Below, in pieces: positions 1 to 14,340 of a stretch of 64,000 nucleotides of DNA (position 1 is its first letter; each line of letters starts with the position of its first letter). A model generated the notes under the pieces. The model did not search any database, was not told the origin of the DNA, and was given only the letters and a program-made list of their open reading frames with translations. Source of the stretch: Prorocentrum cordatum (lineage: Eukaryota). The stretch is taken from NCBI GenBank assembly GCA_963575745.1, contig CAUYUJ010000332.1:1-64000 (forward strand), given 5' to 3'. The translations under genes were made by a program, and so were the position numbers.

Positions 1-346
1 AGCATCAGCATCAGCATCAGCATCATCCTCTCCTCCCACTCCTCCTCCTCCTCCTACACTCCTCCTCTTCCTCCATCTCCTCCTCCTCCTCATCCTCCTC
101 GTCTTCCTCCTCCTAGTCCTCCTCTTCCTCCTCCTCCTCCTCCTCCTCATCATCCTCCTCCTCATCTTCCTCCTCATCCTCATCATCCTCCTCCGCATAA
201 ACTCTTTCTTCTCCTCCTCCTTCTCCTCCTGATCGCCTTCCTCCTCCTCGTCCTCCTCGTCTTCCTCCTACTCCTCCTCATCAGCATCAGCATCAGCATC
301 AGCCTCAGCATCAGCATCAGCATCAGCGTCATCAGAATCATCAGAC

Positions 347-410
<64 letters not shown>

Positions 411-2050
411 GATCATCATCGTCATCATCATCATGATCATCACCAGTATCAGCATCGCCATCGTCATCAGCATCAGCATCATGCTCCTCGTCATCATCGT
501 CAGAATCAGCATCAACCTCGTCAGTATCATCGTCAGCATCAGCATCATCAGCATTGTCATAATCATCAGCATGATCATCCTCATCATCATCATCCTCAGC
601 AGCAGCAGCATCATCGTCATCATCATCGTCACCATCATCAGCGTGAGCATCATCATCAACAGCAGCATCGTCAACATCATCATCAGCAGCATCAGCATCA
701 GCATCACCATCAGCATCAGCATCAGCATCAGGATCATCATCATCAGCAGCAGCATCATCAACATTACCATCAACATCATCAGCATCAGCCTCATCATCAT
801 CGCCCATCGTCATCAGCGTCATCGTCACCAGCATCGTCAACGTCATCCGCATCATCAGCACCGTCATCAACAACAACTTCATCATCGACATCGACATCAC
901 CGGCATCACCATCATCGTCAGCAGCATAATCGTCATCATCATCATCAACATCAGCATCGTCATCATCATCAGAATCCCCATCATCATCAGCATCGGCATC
1001 ATCATCAGCATCCCTCCCTCCCTCCCTCCCTATCTCCTTCCCGCCCTCCTTCCCTCCCCCCCGAATGCAACCGCGCCGCCGAGGCTCCAGGCCCTCCAGG
1101 CGCGCGGCCACGGTGTCCCTGAGCGCCTCCAGGGCAGCCGCGTGCTCGGCCAGAGCCCTCCCCATGTCGCGAGCCTGCGCGCGCGAAACGGAGGCGTTCG
1201 CCTCGTATTCGTCCGCCTCGTCCTCATCCTCCTCGTCCTGAGCTGGCGGCGGGCCCCCACGTCCTTCTCGTCATCCTCATCCTCATCGTTCGGTTGCCCA
1301 TCCTCCTCATCATCATCATCGGCATCATCATTCTCATCCTCATCCTCCTCTTCCTCCTCCTCCTCCTCTTCCTTCTCCTCCTCCTCATCCTCCTCCTCAT
1401 CCGCCTCCTCCTCATCATCCTCATCATCGACAGTATCATTAACATCCTTATCATCCCCCCCCCGCAGCCGCCTCATCCTCCTCCTCCTCCTCATCCTCCC
1501 TCCTCTTCCTCCGCATCCGCCTCCTCCTCCGCATCCTCCTCCGCCTCCTCCTCCTCCCCCGTCCATCCATCCCTCCCTCCCTCCCTCCTTCTTCCCTCCT
1601 CCCTCCTCCCTCATTCCTCGTTCATTCCTCGTTCCTCCGTCCGTCTCCCTCCTCCCGCCTCCCTCCTCCCCCTCCTCCTCCTCCCTCCTCCCCATTCCCT
1701 CCTCCCTCATCCATTCCTTCCCTCCCTCCCTCCCTCCCTCCCGCCACCCTCCCTCCTCATCATCCTCCCTCCTCCCTCCTCCCCCACCGCCTCCCCCTCC
1801 TCCTCCCCCTCCTCCTCCCTCCCACCTCCTCCCCCCTCTCCCTCCTCCCTCACCTCCTCCTCCTCCTCCCCTCCTCCGCCTCCTCCTCCTCCTCCTCCTC
1901 CTCCTCCTCCTCCTCCTCCTCCTCTTCCTCCTCCTATCCATCCACCTCATCCTCTCCCTCATCTTGTTCCTCCTCCTCATCTTCCTCCTCCTACTCCTCA
2001 TCATCCTGCTCCTCATCCTCATCATCCTCATATTCGTCTTCGTCTTCGTA
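1..2050. repeat. Low-complexity triplet repeats (CAT/CAG/CCT)
   Basis: Long imperfect (CAT)n, (CAGCAT)n and (CCT)n tracts; ORFs in all frames are homopolymeric. Confidence 0.95.
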
Positions 2051-2815
2051 TTATTCGTACTCATATTATCAATATGTGTGTAGTACTATAAAGATTCTTA
2101 AGTATGAAAGCATTGTAAGTATTATCGTTATTAGTATTTGTATGATTATAATTAACATTAGTGTCATTAGTACTTGTATTTTTATTATTAATAATAATAA
2201 TATTAGTATTAGTAGTATTCTTGGTATTATTAATATAACTAGTATTAGTACGAGTTTTGATTATTAATATTAGTCGTAGAATTAATGATAGTATTATTAT
2301 AGTTGTGATTATTAGAATTAGTATTCGTAGTAATAGTAATAGTATTAGAATTAGTAGTGGCATGCATATTAGCATTAGTGTTGTTACTACTGTTAGCTGC
2401 ATTACTATTATGATCACTATTCTTACCCATAGTAGTAGCGTTGACATTCGTAGGAGTATTCGTATTATTCGTCGTAATACTATTATTATTCGTCGTATCA
2501 TGTGTCGCCTCCTTATGTTAATATTCGCCTTACTAGTAGTATCCATTATGTATTGATTTACTGATAGTATTAGTATAACTAGTATTAGTACTAGTATTAG
2601 TAGTAGTAGTAGTAGCAGTAGTAGTAGTAGTATAACTATTAGTCGTGTTATGTGTGCTCTTATTCGGTGTCTTCTTGTTAGTATAACTACTATCCGTGGT
2701 CGTCTTCGTATTATTGTTAACAGCATGCTTATTATTACTAGTATTCGTCTTCGTCGTATTAGTATTCCTATTATGTTTAGTATTATTACGCTTCTTATTA
2801 CGCGTATTACTATTA
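2050..2815. repeat. AT-rich degenerate (TAT/TAG)n simple repeat
   Basis: tattagtagtatt-type triplet periodicity. Confidence 0.9.
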
Positions 2816-2926
2816 TTTCCCAACCATCATGTGGTGTTGGGTCCTCGTTTTGAAGAGACAGCGCAACGCGTTCACTCCTTCCTTCTTTCCTTCCTCCCTC
2901 TGCCCCCTCCATCCTCCCACTATCAC

Positions 2927-4075
2927 AGCACACCCCTCACACGCTTCGTGGCCCCATAGGGGGCTCCACCGAGAGCCCCAGTGGCTGCGTCGACATGGCG
3001 GCACCGCACCCATTTCGGCACACCCCTCACACGTTTCGTGGCCCCATAGGGAGTTCCACCGAGGGCCCCAGAGGCTGCGTTGGCATGGCGGCACCGCACC
3101 CACTTCGGCACACCCCTCACACGTTTCGTGGCCCCATGGGGGGCTCCGCCGAGGGCCCCAGTGGCTGCGTTGGCATGGCGGCACCGCACCCATTTCGGCA
3201 CACCCCTCACACGTTTCGTGGCCCCATAGGGAGCCCCACCGAGGGCCCCAGTGGCTGCGTCGGCATGGCGGCACCGCACACATTTCGGCACACCCCTCAC
3301 ACGTTTCGTGGCCCCCTAGGGAGCTCCACCGAGGGCCCCAGTGGCTGCGTTGGCATGGCGGCACCGCACACATGTCGGCACACCCCTCACACGTTTCGCG
3401 GCCCTATAGGGAGCTCCACCGAGGGCCCCAGTGGCTGCGTTGGCATGGCGGCACCGCACTCACTTCGGCACACCCTTCACACGCTTCGTGGCCCCATAGG
3501 GAGCCCCACCGAGAGCCCCAGTGGCTGCGTTGGCATGGCGGCACCGCACCCATTGCGGCACACCCCTCACACGTTTCGTGGCCCCATAGGGAGCTCCACC
3601 GAGGGCCCCAGTGGCTGCGTTGGCATGGCGGCACCGCACCCTTGTCGGCACACCCCTCACACGTTTCGTGGCCCCGTAGGGAGCTCCACCGAGGGCTCCA
3701 GTGGCTGCGTTGGCATGGCGGCACCGCACCCATTTCGGCACACCCATCACACGTCCCGTGGCCCCATAGGGAGCTTCATTGAGAGTCCCAGTGGTTGCGT
3801 TCGCATGGCGGCACCGCACCCATTTCGGCACACCCCTCGCACGTTTCGTCGCCGAGGGCCCAGGACAGCGCTTCGTGGCCCCATAAGGAGCTCCACCGAA
3901 GGCCCCAGAGCTACCGCCCGCATGAGCCCCGTACGCCCAGGACAGCGTTTCGCGGCTCCATGGGGAGCTCCAAAGGCCCTAGTGCTACCGCCCGCATGCG
4001 TCCCGCACGCCCAGGACAGCGTTTCGCGGCACGCCTTTCGCGGCCCCATAGGAAGCCCCACCGAAAGCGGCACCC
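2927..4075 (+). repeat. 90-bp GC-rich tandem satellite, about 10 near-perfect copies plus a degenerate tail
   Basis: Unit cacccctcacacgtttcgtggccccatagggagctccaccgagggccccagtggctgcgttggcatggcggcaccgcacccatttcggca recurs at 2931, 3021, 3111 ... 3831. Confidence 0.95.
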
Positions 4076-4179
4076 ACAGAGCGCTATTCACAAGTGCATA
4101 TGGTTGGGCCCTTCGCCAGGATAATTTTAGTAGCCGTCGTCTTATTGTTAGAATGTTTAATATCATTATCAGTCATACT

Positions 4180-6255
4180 GTTCTTCATCATCATCATCAT
4201 CAGCAGCAGCAACAGCATCATCAGCATCAGCATCATCATAAAAATCGTCAGCGTTATCATCACCAACAGCATCAGCATCAGCATCATCAGCATCATCAGC
4301 AGCATCAGCATCATCAGCAGCAGCAGCATCATGTTCATCATCATCGTCATCGTCATCATCGTCATCAGCATCATCATCACCATCATCATCATAATCAGCA
4401 TCATCATCATCAGCAGCATCAATATCATATTCCTCCTCTTCCTCCTCATCCGCCTCTTCTTCTCCCTCCTCCTCCTCTTCCTCCTCCTCCTCCTCCAACT
4501 CCTCCCCCTCCTCCTCATCCCCCTCATTCTGAAGCTCCTTCTCCTCCTCCCCCTCATCATCATCATCATCATCATCCTACTCCTCCTCTTCCTCCTCCTC
4601 CTCCTGCGCTCGTAGCTGAGCTCCTCCCCCTCCTCCCCCTCCTCTTCCTCATCCTCTTCCCCTCCCCCTCCTCATCCTCCCCCCCCCCCCCCCCCTCCTC
4701 CTCCGCATCCGCATCCCCATCATCAGATTATTCCTCATCACATTCCTCCTCCTCCTCCTCCTCCTCGCCATCGCCCTCATCCTCCTCCTCCTCATACTCG
4801 TACTCATACTCATAATCATATTCATAGTAATACTCATACTCATACTCATATTCATCCTCCTGATTCTCCCCCTCATCTTCTTCCCACTACTCCTCCTGAT
4901 CCTCATCGTCCTCTTCCGGATGTCCCATATTCCTCATCCTTCCTTCTCAAGCTCCTCTACATAATCCTCCTCATCCTCCTCATCCTCCTCCTCTTCTTCC
5001 TCCTCATCCTCCTTTTCCTTCCCCCTCCTCCTCCGCCCCCTTTGCGTCCACCTACTCCCCGTCCTCATCCTCCTCCTCGTCCTCATCATCCTCCTCATCC
5101 TCCGCATTCCCCTCCTCCTCCTCCTCTTTCCCCTCCTCTTCCTCCTCCTCCTCCTCCTGCGCTCGTAGCTGAGCTCCTCCTCCTCCTCCTCCTCTTCCTC
5201 ATCCTCTTCCTCCTCCTCCTCCTCATCCTCCTCATCCTCCTCCCCCTCCTCCTCCGCATCCTCATCCCCATCATCAGATTATTCCTCATCACATTCCTCC
5301 TCCTCCTCCTCCTCACGATCGCCCTCCTCCCCCACCTCCTCCTAATACTCATACTCATACTCATAATCATACTCATAATAATACCCATACTCATACTCAC
5401 ATTCATCCTCCTCAGTCTCCTCCTCAGCTTCTTCCCACTACTCCTCCTGATCCTCATCGTCCTCTTCCTGACGTCACATCTTCCTCATCCTTCCTTCTTA
5501 AGCTCCTCTACATAATCCTCCTCATCCTCCTCATCCTCGCCCTCCTCTTCCTCCTCATCTTCCTTTTCCTTCCCCCTCCTCCTCCGCCCCCTTTTCGCCC
5601 ACCTACTCCCGTCCTCAACCCCCCCTCGTCCTCCTCCTGCTCATCATCCCCTCATCCTCCGCATCTCCTCCTCCTCTTCTCTCCTCCTTCCCTTCCTCCT
5701 CCTCCGCCCCCTCCGCCACTTCCTCCTCCTCGCCTCCTCCTCTCCTCCTCCTCCTCCTTCTCCTCCTCCTCCTCCTCCTCTGCTCCTCTCTGCTCCTGCG
5801 CTGGTGCTGCTGCTCTTCCTCCTACCTCCCTCCTCCTCCCCTTTCCTCTCCTCTCCTCCTCCTTCCTCCTCGCCCCTCCTCCTCCTCCTCACATCCCCCT
5901 CCTCCTCCCCCCCTTCCTCTCCTCCCCCTCGTCTTCCTCCTCTACTCCCCCTCCCCCTTCCTCCCCCTCCGCTCCTCCCCCCCTCCCCCCCCCCCTCCCC
6001 CCCCTCTCCTTCCTCCTCCCCCCCCCCTCCTCCCCCTTCTGCTTCCTCCTCCTCCTCCTCCTCCTCATCCTCTTCCTTCCTCCTCCCTCCTCCTCCTCCT
6101 CCTCCTCCCCCCTCCTCCCCCTCCCCCTCCTCCCCTCCCCTACTCCGCCTCCTCCTCCTCTCCTCCTTCTTTTCCTCATTATCATCATCGTCATCCTCCT
6201 CCTTCCTCCCCCATCCTCCTCCTCCTCCTCCTTCTCCTCCTCCCCCCCCCCCCCT
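4180..6255. repeat. (CAT)n/(CCT)n low complexity containing a ~553-bp tandem duplication
   Basis: The anchor gctcgtagctgagctcc occurs at 4608 and 5161, each followed by matching catcagattattcctcatcacattcc and aagctcctctacataatcc. Confidence 0.85.
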
Positions 6256-7569
6256 CTTCCGATGCCAAAAAACTCTGAAACTCGTTTGCAACTCGAACTA
6301 CATCCAGAAAAGCATACGATCTCAGAAAATTAGCACGGCAACATATTTCTTATTCAGAACTTCACAAGCCGAGACCAGGCATCTAGATACAACTACCGCT
6401 TCTATTATTTCGATGTGTTGCATGATATTGTTGCTGGTGTTTTTGTATGTTTACATGTTTGAAGGTTGTTATGTATTAATTCATTTATTATTACGAGTTG
6501 TTCTAAATGTTGCTCCTTTTCTTTAGTATATGTTTGCTTGTCCTTTGTTAGTCAATTTTTTAATCTTTTAATTGTTTAATGTTTTACGACCTCCGCAAAG
6601 CTTCACATTCTCACCACTGGATACGCATCTCGATGCAAGTGTGCTACAGAACAAACATTCGAACCGACAGCGGGAGACAGGCAGGAACAGAGACCAGAAT
6701 AAATTCAAAGATTTTCTGTGAAGGAAGAGCCAAGTCCTAAGGTGGCGACGCGCAAAACGCGCACCAAGCACTTGATGCCCAGCGGCCGGGGGCGAGGAGA
6801 AAGAGGAGAGGAAGGCGTACCAAACGACTCTGTAACTTCTTATCTGCAACTGCTCATCTCTAAAAAACAAAATTTGGGAACCAACTCGACGGCAAAGAAA
6901 ATTGGATATCGATGCCTGAGACCTTTCGACTCAAAAGTTAGAGTACGAATAGTTTTCTTGCTCCAGCTTTGGAAGCGCGACGAGTTTGGGCATCTAGATA
7001 CTTGAGACTAGCACGTCTGATGAGTTCCTTCCGACTGCTGTGCCAAACAGCTCTGTAGCTCATTCGTTGCTGGAATTATCTCAAGGGAGTTATTATTTCT
7101 CTATCGGGCCTCCGCAGCACACCACGGCGCCACTCGGCAAATGAAACATTAAAAATTCAGGGGGCAAGACAAGATAGATGGTGAAACGGCGGCCGCCGGA
7201 GCCAGCGCAGCAGGCCGGCGGGCGGCGCGCTGCCGGAAGGGGGGACGGGGAGAACGACGAAGAGAACAAAGACAGAAACAAACGACGGAGGGAGGGGCGA
7301 GGGAGAGGGGGCAGGTAGGCAGGCAGGAGGAGGGCGAGGAGGAGAAGGAGCGAGAAGCGCCGGACGCGCCCGGCGAGAAAAACGCCTGCGGACCGAGCAC
7401 CGCTCAGAACCCGCACGGGGGGAGGGCGCCAGGGAGAGGAGGAGGGCGGCGGACGACGGCAGCGACAGCAGCAAGCAGAGAGGGACAGAGGGAAAGAAGA
7501 CGAGAGGAAGGGAACGGGACGAGAAGACGAGAAAGGAGACAGACGAAGGAGAACGAAGAAAAAGGAGAC

Positions 7570-9110
7570 GGATCAACTCATTCATCGGGCTGCCAAGAAA
7601 AATAATTACGATAGCTGTGCGAAGCCATCGGGACGCGCCAACTGAAAAGCTGCGGCCAAGACGACCTCACGGCAGAATCGACACGAAGCAATTCGGAGAG
7701 AAGGCGTTGAAACAATTTGACATTGTCAGTGGAGATGATTGAATGTGGAAGTAGGTTGTACACTCTGGTGCCACCCAGTGCGGAACGCACAAAGTAGACC
7801 GGGGCACGGAGAGAACACGGGCCGCGCAAGTGACGGAAGTGGCGACGAGGGGGGCGGGGAGGAGGAGGGGAGGAGTCAACCAAGAAAAAGGCTCCGAAGC
7901 ACGGTGGGCTGGAACCGAGTGCTGCGCGGTGAATAAGGCCCAAGTTGGCTATATCTCTGCGGGCAGTAAGGGGGCAAGATTAAAATTGCGCAAAACTTCG
8001 TACTCAGTTATGCCCGGGGCACGGAAAAAACCCGTCTGAACACGGTCAAGCGGCAACAGAACAGAATTCGAAGCGCGTGAGAAAGCTGGCGCGCGATATT
8101 CTATGACTGAAAGAATGCGTGCTTGATATAAGACAACAAGCACGGCGACAGTGCGGCACCGCCGCGAGCGAAGCAAGGCCTGAAGTCGCCAACCACATTC
8201 GTGCACACACTCAGATACCGCATCTGACACGAAAAGCTTGCCATCAAAAGATACACCAAGAATTTAAAAATTGCCACCAGAAAGCCGGCTACGTAAAATA
8301 ATGCGCCAGCTCTCCTTCGAATCTTCAAACGAAACAACGTCGGCACGGCCCCATTCGTGCAGACACGACTGGAGGAAAGGACGGAAGGCGTTGAGATCGT
8401 CGGCATATACTACTTCTTGAAAATGTAATCTACCAGTTCCTTCGCTTGCATCACCGAAAAAGATGTTCCAGAAAGGCGGGCCCAAAACAATCCTTTGAGA
8501 CACCATGTTGGTCATGCTAATGAGACGCGAGAAGGCTCCGCCAACTGTAATGCGGGCCTTCAAGGCCTCCAGCCAGCTAGAAAAGACTGCGCACAGAGCC
8601 GGGGGGATACCCCAAGCGCGTAGCTTCGCGAGCAGGCGTCCGAATTTTCACTGTCAAAGGCGCCGCACACGTCGGAACAGCACAAACCAATCCGTGCTCT
8701 CTCAGCGAGAAAGCCGAGCCAAGTAAGCAAGAAATTATCCCATCTCTCACGCCGCGCCCAGGGCAATATGCAAATTGAAAAGAACCAAAACACAAGCCGC
8801 GGGACACACGAGGAGACAAGAAAGAAAGAAGAATACGTTCGGAGCACTTAGACAACTGAGAAGTAAGATGAATCCCACGATAGTTCACAGGACCGTGCAA
8901 AGACCTCCTCTTGTGGAGGGGACAAATATGATGCAAACGCCAAGGCTCCGGCCATCTGCCTGCGCGAATGATAAAACTAATCAAAACAGCAAGCGGCAGA
9001 ACGAGAGAAGCAGAACAGGCGACAAGAATGCGACGGGAATCTCGCCAGGCCCTGTGGCGGAATCTTTTGAGATGTGTAGAATATTCTCCGTGAGAAACTG
9101 CGCTCTAAAT
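7570..9110 (-). pseudogene. Non-LTR retrotransposon (LINE) ORF2 reverse transcriptase, frameshifted
   Basis: Motifs KDSATGP, NYRGIHLTSQLSK, VSQRIVLGPPFWNIFFGD, VVYADDLNAF and ILSVIEYRAPA are spread over several frames. Confidence 0.9.
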
Positions 9111-10566
9111 GACTCGTAGAGCTTCCCTAAGACCGTTAGCGGCGAAGCTAGAAGAGTAATCCCGGCGCGCTGGGGGGCTAGTTGGTCAAAAAATCTCGAC
9201 GGAAGTTTTAAATTGAATTTCGCGAAATTCACCCGGTCGTTAGAGCTCTAGTATTTTTCCTCATCATTTTCGATCTTATTCCCGCTCGCCATCTTAATAT
9301 CAGGTCGATCGGGTTCCTATTACTTCCAAAAAGCACTGGGGCAGGATCGGCTGTTTTGTGTCATCGTGGCAGGTGCTGTCGGTTTTCTGTTCTTAACTCG
9401 AGCTCTAAGAGCGCTACAGAGTTGATATGCACACCTAAACGATCCAGAATCATCAGGCGCGTTCGTCTCAAGCATCTAGAGGTCTCAACTCGGTCTGCTA
9501 CCAGAGCTAGGTCTGCGAAACTATTCGTACTCTACTATTTTTTGGAGATGCTGATGAGCTTCTTGACATAACTCGAGCCGCAGATGACCTACAGAGCTCT
9601 TTGGCACAGCAACCGAAAAGAAATCAGCAGGCGCGCTAGTCTAAAGTATCTAGACACCTGAGCTCGGTCTTCTATCAGAGCTCGGTCCGAAAAAACTATT
9701 CCTACTCTGCTATTTTTCAGAGATGATGATGGTTTTCTTGACATAACTCGAGCTGCAGACAAGCGACAGGGCTCTTCGGCACAGAATTCTGAAGGAAATC
9801 ATCAGGCGCGCAAGTTCAAAGTATCCAGACGCCTGAACTCGGTGTGCTATCATAGCTAGGTCGAAAACCTATTCGTACTCGACTATTTGTGAGATGGTGA
9901 TGGTTTTCTTGACTAAACTCGAGCGGCAGACGAGCTGAAGAACTGTTCGGCACAGCAATCAGAAGGAAGCCATCAGGCGCGCGAGTCTAAAGTATCTAGA
10001 CTCCTGAACTCGATCTGCTATCTGAGCTGGGTTCGAACACCTATTCGTACTCTGTTATTTTCTAGATGTGCACGGTTTTCTTGACTTAACTCGAGCTGGA
10101 AATGAGCCACAGAGCTTTTTCGTCACATAAGTCGGAAGGAGCTGATAAGAATCGCTTGTCTAAAGTATCTAGACGCCTGAATTCGGTCTGCTACCAGAGC
10201 TGGGTCAGAAAAACTATTCGTACTCTGCTAAAGTTTAGAAAGATGATGGTAGCTTTCTTGGCTCGAGCTGCAGAGGAGCTACAGAGCTGTTTGGCACAAA
10301 TCGCAAGGAATTTATCAGACGCGCTAGTTTCAAGCATCCAGATGCCCGAACTCGTCACGCTTTTAGAGTTGGAACCAGAAAAGCATTCGTACTCTATTAA
10401 TTATTCCAGAGATGCCCTCTCCTCACTCCTCCTTCTCCTCCACGCCCTCCTCAATGAGACCGCGCCCTCGCGCGCGCAATGCGAGATTGCCACGCCCGCA
10501 TTGCACGAGGACGCCCCACGAGTTCCCGGCGGTAACCAGGGTTGACGGTTTACCGCCGGCTCCCAG
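9110..10566 (+). mobile_element. Non-autonomous rolling-circle-like element (family X) with ~175-bp internal tandem repeats
   Basis: Starts tGACTCGTAGAGCTTCC; internal units aactcgagctgcagatgagctacagagc...; ends with hairpin ccggcggtaacc...ggtttaccgccgg then CCAG. Confidence 0.75.
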
Positions 10567-10849
10567 TTGGCCCCCCCAAGTGCTTCGATAATAATACTGC
10601 AGCTAGGGGCCTCAGAATTCAACAGACAGACGCGGCATAACTACTACAGGTGCGAGAAAAATTGGTTTTCACAACGAATTTCAAAATCTCTCACAATCTT
10701 CGACAAAACCGACGCCAGGTCACTGGGAGTAAACCGTCAACCAGGTTACCGCCGGGGGCTCTTTGCTCGCGCGGCGCTGCTCGGAACACATGGAGGAAGC
10801 TTCCTCAAGGGTGAGCTGAAAAAAACTAGAAACAAAAAAAAAAGAAAAA

Positions 10850-10850
10850 G

Positions 10851-10940
<90 letters not shown>
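10850..10940 (+). repeat. Poly(A) tract, about 90 nt
   Basis: Direct observation. Confidence 0.95.
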
Positions 10941-10944
<4 letters not shown>

Positions 10945-11212
10945 TTCGGTTTTCATCCCAAGCTGGTTCCTCCAAGTGTTTTGATAATAATACTGAAGCT
11001 ACGGACCTGAGAATTTGACTGGCAGACGCGGCATAACCCACTACAGGTGCGAAGAATACGGGTTCTCAAAACGAATTTCAGAATCTCTCGGAATCTTCGA
11101 AAAAACGACCCCAGGTCATCACATTCTTCGTCCGGGCCGATTTGGCCAACTAGCTGCACCCCACGCCGGAATTGCTCTAGCTCATCGATGCGGAAGAGCT
11201 CTACGAGGTATA

Positions 11213-12499
11213 TGACTCGTAGAGCTTCCCTAAGAGCGTTAGGCAAAGCTAGACGAGTAATTCCGGCGCGTTTGGGGGCTAGTTGACAGAAAATCTGGAC
11301 GGAAATGTTGCATAAGTTTGCTCGGTTTAAATTCGATGCATCGAAATTCAACAGATCGTTAGAGTTCAAATTTGTTCCCCCAGCTTCGATATTATTCCCG
11401 CTCGCCATCTTAATATCAGGTCGATCCGATACCTATTACTGCCGAAAAGCACTCAGGCGGAATCGGCTGTGCAGTGTCATCTTGACAGGTGCTGTCGGTT
11501 TTCTGAACTTAACTCGAGCTGTAGGATAGCTACACAGCTGGTAGGCACACCTCATCGATCTAGAATCGTCAGGCGCGTACGGCTCAAGCATCTAGATGTC
11601 TGAACTCGGTCTGCTACCAGAGCTAGGGCCCCGAAAAAATTCGCACTCTATACTTTTGGAGGTGATGATGGTTTTCTTGACTTAACTCGAGCTGCAGATC
11701 AGCTACAGAGCTGTTCGGCACAGCAATCGGACGGAAATCACCAGGTGCGCTGTAATAAAATATCTAGACGCCTGAACCCGGTCTGCTATCAGAGCTGGGT
11801 CCGAATAACTATTCGTACTCTGCTAATTTTTCAGAGATGGCGATGGTTTTCTTGACTCGCCTGGAACAGCAGACGAGCCGCAGAAGTGTTCGGCACAGCA
11901 ATCACAAGTAAATCACCAGGCGCGCTTGTCAAAGTATCTAGACGTCTGAACTCGGTATGCTATCAAAGTTGGGTTCGAAAAACTACTCGTGCTCTGCAAT
12001 ATGTTTTAGAGATGATCATGGTCTTTCTTGACTTAACTCGAGCTGGAGATGAGCTACATAACTGTCTGTCACATACGTCGAAAGGAAATCATAAGAAGCG
12101 CTAGTCTAATGTATATTGACGCCTGTTCGGTCTGCTAACGCTCGGTCGGAAATATATATTCCTAATCTGATACGTTCTCACAGAGATGATGATAACTTTC
12201 TTCAGCTAAATCCCGCGGCAGATGAGCTACTGAGCTGTTTGGCACAGAATTGGAAGGCATTTATCAGACGCGCTAATTTCCAAATGCCCGAACTCGTGTC
12301 GCTTCCAGAGTTGGAACCAGAATACCGTACCCAATTAATTGTCCCAGAGATGCTTACACTCCTTCTTCTCCTCCACGCCCTCCTCCATGACACCGCGCCA
12401 TTGCGCGCGCAATGCGAGATTGCCGCGCCCGCACTGCACGGGGAAACTCTACGAGTTCCCGGCGGTAACCAAAATTAACGGTTTACCGCCGGGCCCCAG
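11213..12499 (+). mobile_element. Family X copy
   Basis: Same 5' end, internal units, 3' inverted repeat, hairpin and CCAG end. Confidence 0.75.
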
Positions 12500-13520
12500 C
12501 CCCGGGTCTCCGCGAAGGCAACTCCAATCCTTGGAATCGAGCTCACGAGGGACGCACTTCAAATTCGAAGCGTTAAACTGCCAACGCATTCTCGTGCAAA
12601 GGGAGACGGACAGAAAGGGGAGAGGGAAACAAAGACACGACTCGATGATCCGCAATTCTCGGTGAACTGACACTTTCGCAAATTCCTGCGAATCCAAAAA
12701 TAAATGAATTAAATATTGCTTTCTGGTAGGTTCGCGCACGATTTGTTCAAGACCGTGATGCGCACACTCGTGCAGCTCCGATTCCCTCTGGAATCCGTCT
12801 GTTAGCTGTCGAAGCCACATGGGGTTGTGCCTGTTAAATCGCCAAGTAAAAATACACCTATGGCAAAAACACATGCGCTTCCATCTCTGCAAACACACTT
12901 CGCATTGAAACTACTTCGGCGTAATGGGGAAAGCAACTAAAATTGTCAAACAAAACGGGCCCGCAATCGAAATCAAATTCAAACCAACAACACTCGTCGG
13001 ACTCCGCCTGTTCCGATCTCGTCGGCAAACGCACGTGCATTCGTGCAACCCGGTCAAACCAAGTTTCTTTTAAACAAACTAGAGCAGAACAAAGGAGAGA
13101 AATTCGAGCTTGCACTGGGAAATAAGAAACGGTGAGAATTAATATGCCAAATAATGAAATCCGCACTGAATTTAAAAAGGGTAAACCTATATTCGCCAAG
13201 GTCCCCTCCCCGAAGGGAAAGCTGTGCATCAAAGAAAGGCTCGAATGAACACTCGTGCAAACTCAACTGGCGCTGAACTGAGGCGGCTCGAATCCTCCTT
13301 CATATGACGGCCAGGCAACATGTTCAGCAAAACTAAAATTGCGCGAAAATCCTCCTCGGGAGGACGCCATCAAAAAAAAGGTGCAAACCTGATGCGGCTC
13401 GAAAAATCCCCTTCCAAGAACCATAAGGCGGCTCGAAAATTCTGCCCCGGAGGACGGCGGGCCAAGGTGGCTCGAAAATTCTCTCGGGGGGGTGGCGGGG
13501 CAACTCGGCTCGCGCACCAT
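12500..13520 (-). pseudogene. LINE AP-endonuclease fragment plus upstream ggcggctcgaaaatt repeats (5' part of the LINE at 7570-9110)
   Basis: Motifs CLKETWFD, GLEQIVREPTRKQYL; similar to the EN region and spacer repeats at 30770-32560. Confidence 0.75.
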
Positions 13521-13539
13521 CATCTCTCTAGATCAACAT

Positions 13540-14340
13540 AAATATAAACAAAGATGCGGACCCAGCCCTGTGAGCAAACCGAATTTGGGTGTCAAATACA
13601 GTCGAATACTGCTTATCCGAATTCCCTTCCTGAGATAACAAAAAAACTATCTCTGAAAAATACCAGAATACCAACAGTTTGTTGGACCTGACTCTAGTAA
13701 CAACCGAATTCAAACATCTAGATACTTTAGACTACGGCGTGATTCCGTTCTTCCGATTTCTGTGCCAAACAGCTTTGTATCTCATCTGCAACTCGAGTTA
13801 ATCAACGAACGAACAATAATTTCTAAACAACAGGATAACATACGAATAATTGTTTGAGCCTACCTCTAGTAACAAACGGATTTCAAGCTGGATACCTTAT
13901 ACTACTGCGCATGCTGACTGTCTCCTGATGGCTGTGCAAAACAACTGTATAACTCATCTGCAACTCGAGCTGAATCAAGAAACTCATCGGTAACAACCCG
14001 AATTCAACCATCTAGATAATTAAGACAAACGCGCCTGACGATTCTAAATGCAGCGGGCGCGCCTGCCAACATTCTACCTTTCCTAGATACGGACGACGCC
14101 TGGAAAATGACACTAAACAACCCATCCCGTCTGAATCTGTTTGGCAATAATATGTACCCGATCGCGAACGGGAATGAAATCGGAACCGGGGGAGCAAAAT
14201 GCGAAAGCTCTACCGAATAAAGACATCCCGACAAATTGCTCGACGCAAAACAAATCATTCAGATTTTTCGTCAACTGGCCCGCCCAGAGCGCTGGAAATA
14301 CTCTTAACTTTGCCACTCGCGCTCTTAAAAAGCTGTGGAA
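13540..14340 (-). mobile_element. Degraded family X copy, reverse orientation
   Basis: Reverse complements of the internal unit (tgtgccaaacagct...catctgcaactcgagtt) and of the 5' region. Confidence 0.6.

Noticed and set aside
183..6526. Long ORFs rich in M, D, H, P, S or R
   Set aside because: They are by-products of triplet repeats and the 90-bp satellite, open in many frames with no domain signal.
10567..11041. Poly-Lys/poly-Phe ORFs (also near 29100 and 46270)
   Set aside because: Translations of poly(A) tracts, whose lengths may also be sequencing artefacts.
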